A stretch of DNA of 64,000 nt from the NCBI GenBank assembly GCA_026770705.1, contig JANJGN010000012.1:101432001-101496000 (forward strand), in the 5' to 3' direction. Below the pieces are notes generated by a model. That model saw nothing but the letters and a program-made list of their open reading frames with translations, had not been told where the DNA came from and searched no databases. A program made the translations under genes and the position numbers. The DNA is from Isurus oxyrinchus (Eukaryota). Position 1 is the first letter of the stretch. Each line of letters begins with the position of its first letter. Positions 12,051 to 23,589 of the stretch are shown in pieces.

Positions 12051-13127
12051 TATCTTTCAAAATACTGAAACATGTACTAAATAACATATCAAAAGTCAAA
12101 TATTCTGACAATCAATCCCCTAGATGCATCTTGAAAAGTAATGGCCGGAAAATGTATGGAAAGGTGGGTGGAACTGCAAAGCACTGGGGCAAAATAGCCA
12201 AAGAATCTGGCAAAGTCAAAGATGTGGCTATCTTGTCAAATGTATGGAAGGTCTTCATTAAAATTTTTTTGGTTCCATTTCCCACTAGCCAGCTGAACAA
12301 ACTGGCTGGCAGGAAAGGCTGAACTCCAGTGGCAGGACAATGCAGCCAGGGACCCTTGAAGATAGTCTCATAAAATTGGTATGTTGGACCAACTGGAGAT
12401 CTGGAGGGAGGAAACTGAAGATTGTCTCAAGGGAATGTCGGATGGGGGTGGAGGGGGATCATTCTTGCTCCTCCTGGCCAACAAGGAGTGCTGAAAGAGG
12501 TAATTACCTCGTGGAGCTGGCAGCTCCAGCCTCTCTACTACTGCCAGAACTCTCAGTCTCTGAGAAATCCATACAATAGCATTATATTTTAAATTGGGCT
12601 CCCAATGCACTGTGGGAGCTACATTTAAATGTGTTAATTAAATGCCCTGCCTCTCCATGGTGGGACACATAGACGCCCCACAAGTGCCTTGTTGAGGTTG
12701 CACTCCCCATATTTAACTCACTAACCCACTCACCACTGCACCCTGACCCTTTCCCACCAATGACTGGCAAAGTCTGAAAATATTCACATTCACAATTTCC
12801 TTGAAGCTTTAATGCATTTTAGTATTACTTCTGCTATATCAGTGATGAAATATTGGGTATCCATGCAACTTACATTCTGATAAGTCTGTGCCACCACCAC
12901 CAACACTCCCCCAGCCCCCAATCGCCCAGTCCCCGCACACACTTTAGTATAACAACATGATTTATGCCTGTTTCGGGCTATAACTGAATGCCAATTTTTG
13001 AGGACTCTGTCAATTTTTATAGAGTAATTAGTCGACTATTTATAATTCTCTAGGTTAGTGTCTATGCTTGAGAAGGTCACTTGTAGTTTGCTCTTTGTAA
13101 ACTTTATTTGGCAAACTACTTTTACAG

Positions 13128-13257
13128 ACTGAAAGGAACAGAAGCGAATATGTATAGTGTTCAAAACTGAATTGGAATCCAATATCTAGAATGGTTTAAC
13201 CTTGGCAACCTTCCAAAGCAGCAGAATCTTTCTCTTTGCAAGGGACAAGTTTATAAT
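13128..13257 (+). pseudogene. Exon relic of putative GREB1-family pseudogene
   Basis: TTTTACAG acceptor, AAT|GTAAGT donor; LKGTEANMYSVQN*IGIQYLEWFNLGNLPKQQNLSLCKGQVYN with a single TGA. Confidence 0.55.
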
Positions 13258-13623
13258 GTAAGTCAATGTTAATAAAATTTGAATAGTAGCTAATTTGATA
13301 ATCCTTGAATTTAAACAAAAATATCTTCTTAAAAGTACCATGTCAGGCAAGATTAGGACATAGTCTCCATGTAAAATTAAATTAATGATATCATTGGTGA
13401 TTCAGCCATTATTCTGTCCTTCAATTTTCTCTTAATGAATGACTCATGATGATTGCAACCATTTAGATATTGAACGTTATATTTTCCTCAGGCTGTGTCT
13501 ACCTTTGTTGCAGTGAATATCACACTTCAATGAGCAATAGCCAAACTTTCCACACTAAAACTCTCTAATTATCTAAACATCTTTATTGGGTTGGGGGCAT
13601 TTTAAAGCAGCATTCTTGCCTAG

Positions 13624-13919
13624 AAAGGTATCTTGAAAAATCCATTCAGCCTGATAAATGTTTGGTAAAATCCACAAATAAAAAAAAAACACAGAAAGGT
13701 CATGAACATACTCTGGCACACAACATGGGAGAACTTCACTGAAGCCTTTTTTGGCACGTAATTTCTTGCAAGTTCTAGTAACTTTGTCTGAAATTCTGAA
13801 TACAGCATCAATGCCCAGTTACTTGTGGTAATGCCATGCCCATGAAAATATGAGCAAGGACTCCATCCAACTACAGATTTAACATCAACCATCAATCAAC
13901 TGTCAATCAACTATATACA
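13624..13919 (+). pseudogene. Exon relic, TAGT-like glycosyltransferase repeat 1 (N-terminal part)
   Basis: CCTAG acceptor, CA|GTAAGT donor; frameshifted pieces KGHEH, NFTEAF..NFLQVLVT, EYSINAQLLVVMP, MSKDSIQLQI resemble recalled GREB1 GRHEHGLFNLYHAM..HLHVLVV..YWPNHIMLVLP. Confidence 0.5.
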
Positions 13920-14004
13920 GTAAGTCTATTTTATTAGCTTAAAAATAAAATATAATCCATTGGCTCTGAAGCATCCTTGAGTGTCCTGAGTTTGTAGATA
14001 CCGC

Positions 14005-14387
14005 CTTACACATTGACCTCCTCCACCAATGATGCACCATGGCTGCAGTGTCTACCATCTACAGGATGCACAGCATTTACCAGCACCTCCCAAACCAGTA
14101 CTCTCCACTACCTAGACCAAGGGTAGCAGATGCATGGGAGCACCATCAACTCCAGGCTCTGTACCAAGTCACATGTCATTCCTATTTTGACATATGTCAT
14201 CAGTTCTTCATCACCACTGGATCAAAAACCTGTATCACCCTACCTAAAGCAGTGTGAGTACCATCACACATGGACTGCAGCCATTAACAAAGGTAGTCAC
14301 CATTATCTTCTCAAGGGCAAATAGGCTTGGATATTAAATGCTGGTCTTGATAATGGTGTCCACACACTGAAAATGTATTTTAAAAAT
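14005..14387 (+). mobile_element. 3' fragment of CR1-group (Zenon-like) LINE
   Basis: AAVSTIYRMH motif and 3' tail similar to 45706-46200. Confidence 0.7.
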
Positions 14388-14449
14388 AAATGGAACTGCT
14401 TCTTACTTTCTTTACCCAAATTGGAGTCAAGAGTCCAAATGCACTCTTG

Positions 14450-15991
14450 GGGCAGAATTTTCCATAAATGAGACTAAGTGCAGTGGCGGGCGGTTTTGGC
14501 AGTGCTGTTCCTGCCGACTGGATTGGCTGCAACTCACACCCAATTCTGTGCTTGGGGCCTCATTAATTATGCAGAGGTGCGTATTGGTCTGAATCACCAG
14601 GCAGGTCAGGAGTTGATTCATGTGGCCGCCGACAGCTGCTGGGTTCAAACGTATGGTCGCCATTTTTAAAGGTCAGTTCAACACACAATCTCACTCTCTG
14701 CAGCCCACCAGGGATGTCTGGCAGACAGGGGAGGAAGGCTGAGAGTCTGAAGATTAAGGTAGCACCCCACTTCACTCATCAGACCCTCTAGGCCTTGATC
14801 AAAGGAGTGTAGGAGCACAGGCAAATGCTCTATCCCAGGGATGGCTACAGCAGCACAGCAGCCTCACTTCTCCAGCCTGGGGGACCATCACAGAGAAGAC
14901 CAGTGCAGTTGGCACCCGCGCCCAAAGTGCCACCCAGTGCAGGAAGATGATGAATGATCTCATCCGCTCTGCCAGGGTAAATCATCCTTCAACGCCCTCC
15001 AATATCAAACTCTCATCATAGCATCATGCGCTCAAATGGCTACTGTCTTCAGGGATCTCATACAACCATTATCCGGGGAGACATATCAACACTCATTCTC
15101 TCACCGAGACTTTCACATCTATCATGTTGCTCACACTCCATCCTTTGGCCCTTCTGGGGAGGGCGCACCACACACAGGGTGCACCTCACCCAACCCTGCT
15201 CCATCTCTTCTCATCACCTGTCTTTCTTTCTTCTTCATACAAGCCAAGCTGGTGCACAACAGGTGCGAGAGAGCACAGACCAGAGGAGGTCTTGCAGCAA
15301 CAAGAGGCTAGAGGGTGACCCCAGAAAGGCCTCCATCATGCTCACCTTTTCCTCTCATTGCCATTCCCTCCCCTTTGCCCCACTCGTTTTCACCCTTCCC
15401 TCTCACTGCCATTCCACAGCCTTCCCTCCTCGTTGCCCCCATCGTGTTTGTCAACCTGACCCTCGCCTCACAGCCCACGTCGGTTGAAGTGCTAGCCTCT
15501 GACAGTGGAGGCTTGCATGAGTACCACAGCACAGTGGTATTCCTCGGGATAATGAAAGCAAAGAGAAGAAGCAGTCCAACACTGCAAACCCAACAGAGTG
15601 ATGTTCATTACAACAAGACCAGTGCAAAGCTATGGCAGCTATGTTCCACTCACCTCGAAGTTAGCAGTGGACCGAGGACCAACTTGTGCAGGCCACCCTT
15701 TTTCAAATGGATTTGAGGCGGACATGATTTCCCACTAGCGTGACGGAAGGTTGGAAGGCGTAGCAAGATTGAAGCAAGCAGCTATTTTAGTGAGCGTTCA
15801 TGACATGTTAATGAATGCAAATGTCATTTATGCCACAAACTGGTGGGATAACTGACCCGCCATGAAAACACCGTCGGGAGAATTGTGACTTGTTTTTATG
15901 ATGGCGGATTTTTGACTTTTTGCCTGCAGCTGGATTCTCTGCTCTCGCCCACCACGAGCCAAGCTGTGGGTGGGATAAGAGAATTCCAGCC
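14450..15991 (+). mobile_element. Internally deleted Harbinger retaining the Myb/SANT gene 5' exons, no transposase
   Basis: TIRs GGGCAGAATTTT / AGAATTCCAGCC; TSD TTG/TCG; VAPHFT..QCRKMMNDLIRSAR|GT intron|AKLVHNRCERAQTRGG. Confidence 0.85.
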
Positions 15992-16199
15992 TCGGACTGG
16001 AATCAAGCCATTGAGAACTGCAGCCTCCTAGTTCCAACTGGTATCTATAAGTAAGAAAATATTTGAAGCCTTTATCAGTTGGCAAGATCACCAATTAGTA
16101 TTGAAAACAAAGAAAACTGCGGATGCTGGAAATCTAAAACAAAAACAGAATTACCTGGAAAAACTCAGTAGGTCTGGCAGCATCGGCGGAGGAGAAAAG

Positions 16200-16238
16200 A
16201 GTTGACGTTTCGAGTCCTCATGACCCTTCGACAGAACT
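16200..16238 (-). ncRNA. Minimal type I hammerhead ribozyme in Penelope pLTR
   Basis: AGTT-CTGTCGA-A-GGGTC ATGAG GACTC-GAAA-CG-TC-AACT. Confidence 0.75.
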
Positions 16239-16639
16239 TGATTTCGAGTCCAGGAAAGAGTTGAAATATAAGCTGGTTTAAGGTGTGTGGGGGGGGGGGG
16301 GGGGGGAAGGAGAGAGAGAGAGAGACAGAGGTGCTTGTGTAGACAAACAAGCAGTGATAGAAGCAGATCATCAAAAGATGTCAGTAACAATGGTACCAAA
16401 GAACACATAGGTGTTAAAGTTAAAGTTGGTGATATTATCTAAACGAATGTGCTAATTAAGAATGGATGGTAGGGCACTCAAGGTACAGCTCTAGTGGGGG
16501 TGGGGGGAGCATAAAGGATTTTAAAATATTTAAAAATAATGGAAATAGGTGGGAAAAGAAAAATCTATAAAATTTATAGGGAAAAAAAAGGGGGAAAAAA
16601 AGGGGGAAACAGAAAGGGGGTGGGGATGGGGGAGGGAGC

Positions 16640-17358
16640 TCACGACCTAAAGTTATTGAATTCAATATTCAGACCGGAAGGCTGTAAGGTGCCTAGTCGG
16701 AAGATGAGGTGTTGTTCCTCCAGTTTGCGTTGGGCTTCACTGGAACAATGCAGTAAGCCAAGGACAGACATGTGGGCAAGAGAGCAGGGTGGAGTGTTAA
16801 AATGGCAAGCCACAGGGAGGTTTGGGTCATTCTTGCGGACAGACCGCAGGTGTTCTGCAAAGCGGTCGCCCAGTTTACGTTTGGTCTCTCCAATGTAGAG
16901 GAGACCACATTGGGAGCAATGAATGCAGTAGACTAAGTTGGGTGAAATGCAAGTGAAATGCTGCTTCACTTGAAAGGAATGTTTGGGCCCTTGGACGGTG
17001 AGGAGAGAGGAAGTGAAGGGGCAGGTGTTACATCTTTTGCGTGGGCATGGGGTGGTGCCATAGGAGGGGGTTGAGGAGTAGGGGGTGATGGAGGAGTGGA
17101 CCAGGGTGTCCCGGAGGGAGCGATCTCTACGGAATGCCGATAAGGGGGGTGAAGGGAAGATGTGTTTGGTGGTGGCATCATGCTGGAGTTGACGGAAATG
17201 GCGGAGGATGATCCTTTGAATGCGGAGGCTGGTGGGGTGATAAGTGAGGACAAGGGGGACCCTATCATGTTTCTGGGAGGGAGGAGAAGGCGTGAGGGCG
17301 GATGCGCGGGAGATGGGCCGGACACGGTTGAGGGCCCTGTCAACGACCGTGGGTGGAA
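16640..17358 (-). CDS. Penelope ORF C-terminal fragment (Cys-rich linker + GIY-YIG endonuclease), left arm
   Basis: CPRKRCNTC, NLVYCIHCSQCGLLYIGETKR...LQPSGLN; uninterrupted but 5'-truncated. Confidence 0.85.
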
Positions 17359-18235
17359 CTCCCACAGCTACCTCGACTACAGCTCCTCACACCCCGCTTC
17401 CTGTAAGGACTCCATCCCATTCTCCCAGTTCCTTCGCCTTCGTCGCATCTGTTCCGATGATGCTACCTTCAAAAACGGTTCCTCTGACATGTCCTCCTTC
17501 TTCCTTAACCGAGGTTTTCCACCCACGGTCGTTGACAGGGCCCTCAACCGTGTCCGGCCCATCTCCCGCGCATCCGCCCTCACGCCTTCTCCTCCCTCCC
17601 AGAAACATGATAGGGTCCCCCTTGTCCTCACTTATCACCCCACCAGCCTCCGCATTCAAAGGATCATCCTCCGCCATTTCCGCCAACTCCAGCATGATGC
17701 CACCACCAAACACATCTTCCCTTCACCCCCCTTATCGGCATTCCGTAGAGATCGCTCCCTCCGGGACACCCTGGTCCACTCCTCCATCACCCCCTACTCC
17801 TCAACCCCCTCCTATGGCACCACCCCATGCCCACGCAAAAGATGTAACACCTGCCCCTTCACTTCCTCTCTCCTCACCGTCCAAGGGCCCAAACATTCCT
17901 TTCAAGTGAAGCAGCATTTCACTTGCATTTCACCCAACTTAGTCTACTGCATTCGTTGCTCCCAATGTGGTCTCCTCTACATTGGAGAGACCAAACGTAA
18001 ACTGGGCGACCGCTTTGCAGAACACCTGCGGTCTGTCCGCAAGAATGACCCAAACCTCCCTGTGGCTTGCCATTTTAACACTCCACCCTGCTCTCTTGCC
18101 CACATGTCTGTCCTTGGCTTACTGCATTGTTCCAGTGAAGCCCAACGCAAACTGGAGGAACAACACCTCATCTTCCGACTAGGCACCTTACAGCCTTCCG
18201 GTCTGAATATTGAATTCAATAACTTTAGGTCGTGA
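17358..18235 (+). CDS. Penelope ORF C-terminal fragment (RT thumb, Cys-rich linker, GIY-YIG endonuclease), right arm
   Basis: SHSYLDYSSSHP..IPFSQFLRLRRICS, CPRKRCNTC, VYCIRC..LYIGET..RFAEH; uninterrupted. Confidence 0.9.
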
Positions 18236-18641
18236 GCTCCCTCCCCCATCCCCACCCCCTTTCTGTTTCCCCCCTTTTTTTCCCCCTTTTTTTTCCCTAT
18301 AAATTTTATAGATTTTTCTTTTCCCACCTATTTCCATTATTTTTAAATATTTTAAAATCCTTTATGCTCCCCCCACCCCCACTAGAGCTGTACCTTGAGT
18401 GCCCTACCATCCATTCTTAATTAGCACATTCGTTTAGATAATATCACCAACTTTAACTTTAACACCTATGTGTTCTTTGGTACCATTGTTACTGACATCT
18501 TTTGATGATCTGCTTCTATCACTGCTTGTTTGTCTACACAAGCACCTCTGTCTCTCTCTCTCTCTCCTTCCCCCCCCCCCCCCCCCCCCCCACACACCTT
18601 AAACCAGCTTATATTTCAACTCTTTCCTGGACTCGAAATCA

Positions 18642-18680
18642 AGTTCTGTCGAAGGGTCATGAGGACTCGAAACGTCAACT
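18642..18680 (+). ncRNA. Minimal type I hammerhead ribozyme in Penelope pLTR
   Basis: Stem I AGTT/AACT, core CTGTCGA...GAAA, stem II GGGTC/GACTC, palindromic ACGT stem III; predicted cut after GTC at 18676. Confidence 0.75.
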
Positions 18681-19063
18681 CTTTTCTCCTCCGCCGATGC
18701 TGCCAGACCTACTGAGTTTTTCCAGGTAATTCTGTTTTTGTCACCAATTAGTATAGCTGACTTTCAGCTAACATGAAAGAATGCAGTGAGTCTGTTGATA
18801 GAAGCACCAGTAAGAGTGCTCTCTGCCTCCAACCAAAGACACCACTAATGTCTCCCTCACTTATCTAAAGTCTTACCGAAACAAAGAAATCGCAGTACAT
18901 CTAGATAAAATACTGCAATAAGACGACTGCTGATTAGCCACCACTAAGCCCCTCGCTGCTACCTCCTACAAAGGCAGCCTCTAACCCATCCTTACTGGAG
19001 AATCCATAAGTCACCAAGCAATGTTTCTCCTTATCTTTCCTCTTGTTTACCCTGTTTGTCAAG

Positions 19064-19237
19064 CTCCTGGTGAGGGTTACAGGAGGGTTCCCATGGAGTA
19101 TAGATTAGCGGTCCAAAATTATGTACTTGGACACAAAAACAACATCGACTGTGGCCAGAAAACTGATAAATATCAAAACAGATCAGCACCGCACGTGAAA
19201 ATCAACTGTCTGCAGGTCGCTATACAATGTGCTGAAG
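19064..19237 (+). pseudogene. Exon relic, TAGT-like repeat 1 (WPF..DD..SL..VL region)
   Basis: Long polypyrimidine tract + AAG acceptor, AAG|GTATTT donor; 174 nt; GGFPWSID*...RSLYNVLK resembles recalled GREB1 WPFIVISDD...VSLKHIM. Confidence 0.5.
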
Positions 19238-20149
19238 GTATTTCTAAGAATACTGTTTTTGCTTCAAAAATATAGACCCAGATCCTCTGGTTCCAATAAT
19301 GGCAAACACTAAGACATTTGCTGTTATTGAGAGCTGCAATGGCTGTGGAAATTCCAGAGAACTGACTTGTGTTCAAACTGATACTTGCTGCTCGTTATAT
19401 AGCTCCATGGGAGCCCCCCACCCCACCCCCCGTGATGCTCTTGTGTGTGCCCAGTATTTGCCAAGCTGTTTAAGCTGATTTATTTAGGGCTGCTTATAGC
19501 ACCCCCAGCTCTGCTACCCCACTGGCCCCATCTGGCACCCCTGACTTTGCTCAGCTTCACCACCATGGCACCCCAGGCTCAGTTCCCAGTGTGGCAGAGG
19601 AGTGGGGGAGTGATGGGGAGGAGTGTGAGCAGAGTCAGGGTTGTTGGGATGCGGGTGGAGAATGGTGGTTTGAGCCGAGCTGGGGTTGCGGTGAGCAGTG
19701 CTGGGGTGGTGGGGATAGCTAGAATTAAATGGTGAATTAAGGTACCCTTGAAAATCCCTGCAACCACTTCCAAACATTTAAATACAGCATGTATTGGAAC
19801 ACTAAGCAGTACTATACCTCAAAGGGCATGACTTCCTCTCATGACCTCAAGGATTTTGGTGCATCTACACCTTGCCGCTAACTCTCCCAAATTCCTTCCT
19901 TGAGTGCCAATGCTGTGGTCAAGAGAGGAAGTCCCAGCTGTTCCAACATGAAAAGGTAACAACGTATTTTCAGACAAGGTCAGTAATATACACCTCCATT
20001 CGCCGCTGATGGGAAGTTCCAATCCTTTATCTAAAAGTATCTGATAAGAAAGGGAAGAAGATGATCCTGGCAGACACGTTAAGTTAAGCTGAATGTTAGC
20101 ACTGAGATTTTACACATGAGCTGGAGGAAATTAATCACCATGAATCACT

Positions 20150-20900
20150 GCCAGTTGGAGATTCACACTGGTAACAGCTTAATCATCTTGCCTGGATGAT
20201 CCAGTTCAGTGTTATTATTTAATAATGCCAGCCTGGGATAAGTAGGAGGTACCTGAATAACTCCACCCACAATTTGCTTGTGCAATGAACTGATTGGACA
20301 GTAAGTTGTGGTGCCAGATACATTGCAGAAGGAATTCATGTCATTGGCACATTCAACACACGTTGGCGTAGAAGCTTGTATCTATAGAGTTCCTGTCAAT
20401 CTCTTAGCCCAGGTTGTCAACACAGCTTCAATAATACATTTTACAACGTGATATCAGTTTGGCTCATTGGAGTTCTCCATGTAAAGAACTATTACTTCAG
20501 CGTGAGATTGCGGTTAGCCCTTGGTCAACAGTTGGTGCTGCATGGTTATTCCCTAAACATTGCATAGGACTATACTGGTAACTTTATCAAAGTAACCAGC
20601 TTCACTCCACATGAAATCTCTTGAAAAAAGCTCTTCAACTTTATGAGAAGTAGGATACCAGATTTCCTAATATTGAATAATAGTCCACGATTACCACCCA
20701 CGGAGTTTGCAGTGTTTGCCAAGGGATGGGGATTTAAACTCATGATATCATTACCTTGCAACCTGCAGTCCAACAGAAAATCTCAGAATGCTGTTAAGAC
20801 TGTGAAATAACTCTTCATGCAAAGCATTAATCCCATCAGAGTTTCTAGCTCTGCTAGTTTGGCAAAAACATGACTGAAAGTGTAAGTGTTCATTCTGTAA
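20150..20900 (+). mobile_element. Highly degenerate Gypsy integrase fragment
   Basis: LAHSTHVGVEAC; EFAVFAKGWGF..QSNRKSQNAVKTVK. Confidence 0.7.
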
Positions 20901-20914
20901 ATAGACTTAGAATA

Positions 20915-21260
20915 AAAGAACACAAGGAATAGAAGCAGGAGCAGGCCATTCAGCTAGTCAGTAAAATTATGGTTGATCTTCTACAGCAACTCCACCTTTC
21001 TGCATTATCCCATATTCTTGATTCCCTTAGAGTCCAAAAAAATCTATCAATTGCTGTTTAGAATGCACTCCATGACTGAGCATCTATAGCTTTCTGAAGC
21101 AGAGAATTCAAAAGATTTACAACTCTTTGAGTGTAGAAATTTTTCTTCATCTCAGTCCAAATGACTGACCCTATATTCTGAGATTGTGACACCTAGCTCT
21201 GGACACCCCAGCCAGGGAAAACATCCTCCCAGCATCTAACCTATCAAGGCCTTAAGAATT
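20915..21260 (-). mobile_element. CR1 3' end fragment
   Basis: Typical CR1 3' UTR/ORF2 end, similar to 34141-34500. Confidence 0.75.
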
Positions 21261-21398
21261 TTAAGATAGAGATGAGGGGGAGTTTCTTCCCACAGGAGGT
21301 AGATATTCACTACCCCAGAGTGTAGAAATACCCCAGAGCATAGTGGAAGCTGGGTCATTGAATATATTCAAGGCTGAGCTAGACAGATGTTTGATCTT

Positions 21399-22163
21399 AA
21401 ACAAAAACAAAAATACCTGGAAAAACTCAGCAGGTCTGGCAGCATCAGTGGAAGGGAGCACAGTTAATGTTTCGAGTCCGCATGACTTTTCAACAGAATT
21501 AAGGAAAAATAGAAAAGGGGTGAAATATAAGCTGATTTAAGGCGAGGGGCGGTGTTGGGACAAGAGAGCTGGATAGAGGGCCAGTGATAGTGGAGATAAC
21601 CAAAAAATGTCACAGACAAAAGGACAAAGAGGTGTTGAAGGTGGTGATATTATCTAAAGGAATGTGCTGATTAAGGGTAGAAGGCAGGACAAGCAAGGTA
21701 CAGATAGCTCTAGTGGGGGTGGGGTGGGGTGGGGTGAAGGAATTGAAAAAGGCTAAAAGGTAGAGATAAAACATTGAATGGAAATACATTTAAAAATAAT
21801 GGAAATATGTGGGAAAAGAAAAATCTATATAAATTATTGGAAAAAACAAAAAGGAGGGGGAAAAATCAGAAAGGGGGTGGGATGGTGGAGAGAGTTCATG
21901 ATCTAAAATTGTTGAACTCAATACTTAGTCCGAAAGGCTGCAAAGTTCCAAGTCGGAAGATGAGGTGCTGTTCCTCCAGTTTATGTTGAGCTTCACTGGA
22001 ACAATGCAGCAAGCCAAGGACGGACATGTGGGCATGAGAGCAGGGTGGGGTGTTGAAATGGCAAGCGACAGGAAGGTCTGGGTAATGCTTGCGGACAGAA
22101 CGAAGGTGTTCTGCAAAGCAGTCACCCAGTCTGCGTTTGGCCTCTCCAATGTAGAGGAAACCG
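21399..22163 (-). mobile_element. 5'-truncated Penelope-like element (GIY-YIG end + pLTR with hammerhead)
   Basis: LYIGEAKRRLGDCFAEHL; 11-bp TSD TGTTTGATCTT (21388-21398, 22164-22174); hammerhead CTGTTGA...GAAACATT at ~21462-21499. Confidence 0.9.
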
Positions 22164-22539
22164 TGTTTGATCTTCATGGGAATCAAATGCTATTTTGGGG
22201 AAGGCAAGAAATTGGAGTTAAGGCCACAATCAGATCAGCTCTGACCTTATTGAATGGCAGAGCAGGCTGAGGGGCCAAATAGCCTGCTCCTGCTCCTATT
22301 TCTTATATGTACTAACGACCTACCTGCCTCACTGAAGGGGGCTTCCTGCATGTAGCCATGAGTTTAAAGGCAGAAGTCAGTGCCTTGCAGCTGGTTTCCT
22401 GACATGCCATCGATTTGAGTTTGTTTAACCAGCCATTCGCACCCAAACCCACCCACTTGCTTCAATGAGATCACTTCTCTAGAGAATTTAGGGTATGTTT
22501 TACTCAATCTTTCTTTATGGGCCAATTCCCATATCATAG

Positions 22540-22925
22540 GGAATCAGTATAGTGAATATTTTGTTGTGCTCCCTCAAAGGCAAGTATGTCCTTCTTTAGG
22601 TAATAAGACCAAAACCTTGTATAGCAGTCCAGTTGTTATCCCATCAGAGCCCTATATAATTGCAGTACGACTTATTTACTCTTATACTCCAATCCATATT
22701 GTAATAAAAGCTAAAATACCAACTGCTTTCTTAATTGCTTACTGTACCTACATGTGATCTTTCTGTAATTCATGCACAAGGACACCCAAGTCCCTCTGAA
22801 AACTAACATTTCTCAGACTCTCACCAGTTTAAAAGTATTCTTTTTTTTTCTATTTTTCCTACCAAAGCAGATAACTTGACAGTTCTCCACATGATGTTCC
22901 ATTTTCCACGCTCTTACCCATTCAG
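22540..22925 (-). mobile_element. CR1 RT fragment
   Basis: Similar to 31400-31720. Confidence 0.7.
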
Positions 22926-23063
22926 AAATAAACTGGAAAGAAGCATTCAGTAAAGCCTTTTATCTCTGCCCTTGGTTTTTCTATTAAAGATGCATTATAG
23001 AACTAATTTTCACAATATCCCTTGTAAAACCCAAGTAGATAAACAATTTTTAACCTGAAAAAG
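22926..23063 (+). pseudogene. Possible exon relic, TAGT-like repeat 1 (ALG..PF..IFNL region)
   Basis: FISALGFSIKD...TIFNLKK resembles recalled GREB1 YALLGL...FIILNV; acceptor uncertain, 3' end interrupted by a repeat. Confidence 0.35.
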
Positions 23064-23589
23064 TGGGTGAGTTTGGGAGCGAATGGCTGGTTAAACAAAC
23101 ATAAATTGACAGCATGTCAGGAAACCAGCTGCAAGGCACTGACTTCTGCCTTTAAATTCAGAGCCATTGGCTACATGCAGGAAACCCCCTCCAGTGACGC
23201 AGGTAGATCGTAAGTGCATATAAGAAATAGGAGCAGGAGCCGGCCCCTCAACCTGCTCTACCATTCAATAAGATCATAGCTGATCTGATTGTGGCCTTAA
23301 TTCCACTTTCCTGCCTTCCCCCCAATAACCTTTGATTCCCATGTAGATCAAAAATCTGTCTAACTGAGCGTTGAATATGTTCAATGACCCAGTCTCTACT
23401 GTGCTCTGGTGTAGTGAATATCTACCTTCTGAGAGAAGAAATTCCTCCTTATCTCCACCTTAAATGGAGGACTCCTTATTTTGAAACACTTCCCCTTGTT
23501 CCAGAGTCCCCCATGAGGGGAAACATCCTCTCAGCACCTACCCTGTCAAGCCGACTCAAAATATTGTGTTTCAATAAAATTGCCACAAG

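Larger units (their letters stand above)
16102..18740. mobile_element. Penelope-like (Neptune-type) element: two 5'-truncated copies joined head-to-head
   Basis: Arms 16140-17358 and 17517-18740 are reverse complements (2 substitutions seen plus homopolymer length differences); 14-bp TSD TCACCAATTAGTAT at 16088-16101 and 18741-18754; GIY-YIG ORF in both arms. Confidence 0.95.

Noticed and set aside
16102-18740. Palindrome as a fold-back sequencing or assembly artefact
   Set aside because: A perfect 14-bp TSD, unequal outer ends, a unique 158-nt spacer and arm substitutions favour a real insertion; long reads would still be decisive.
19021-19275. 84-aa ORF with apparent signal peptide
   Set aside because: The hydrophobic N-terminus is the translated polypyrimidine tract of a splice acceptor.
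19880-20090. RTE LINE fragment
   Set aside because: Only one short degenerate motif (DGKF) was recognised; not enough to call.
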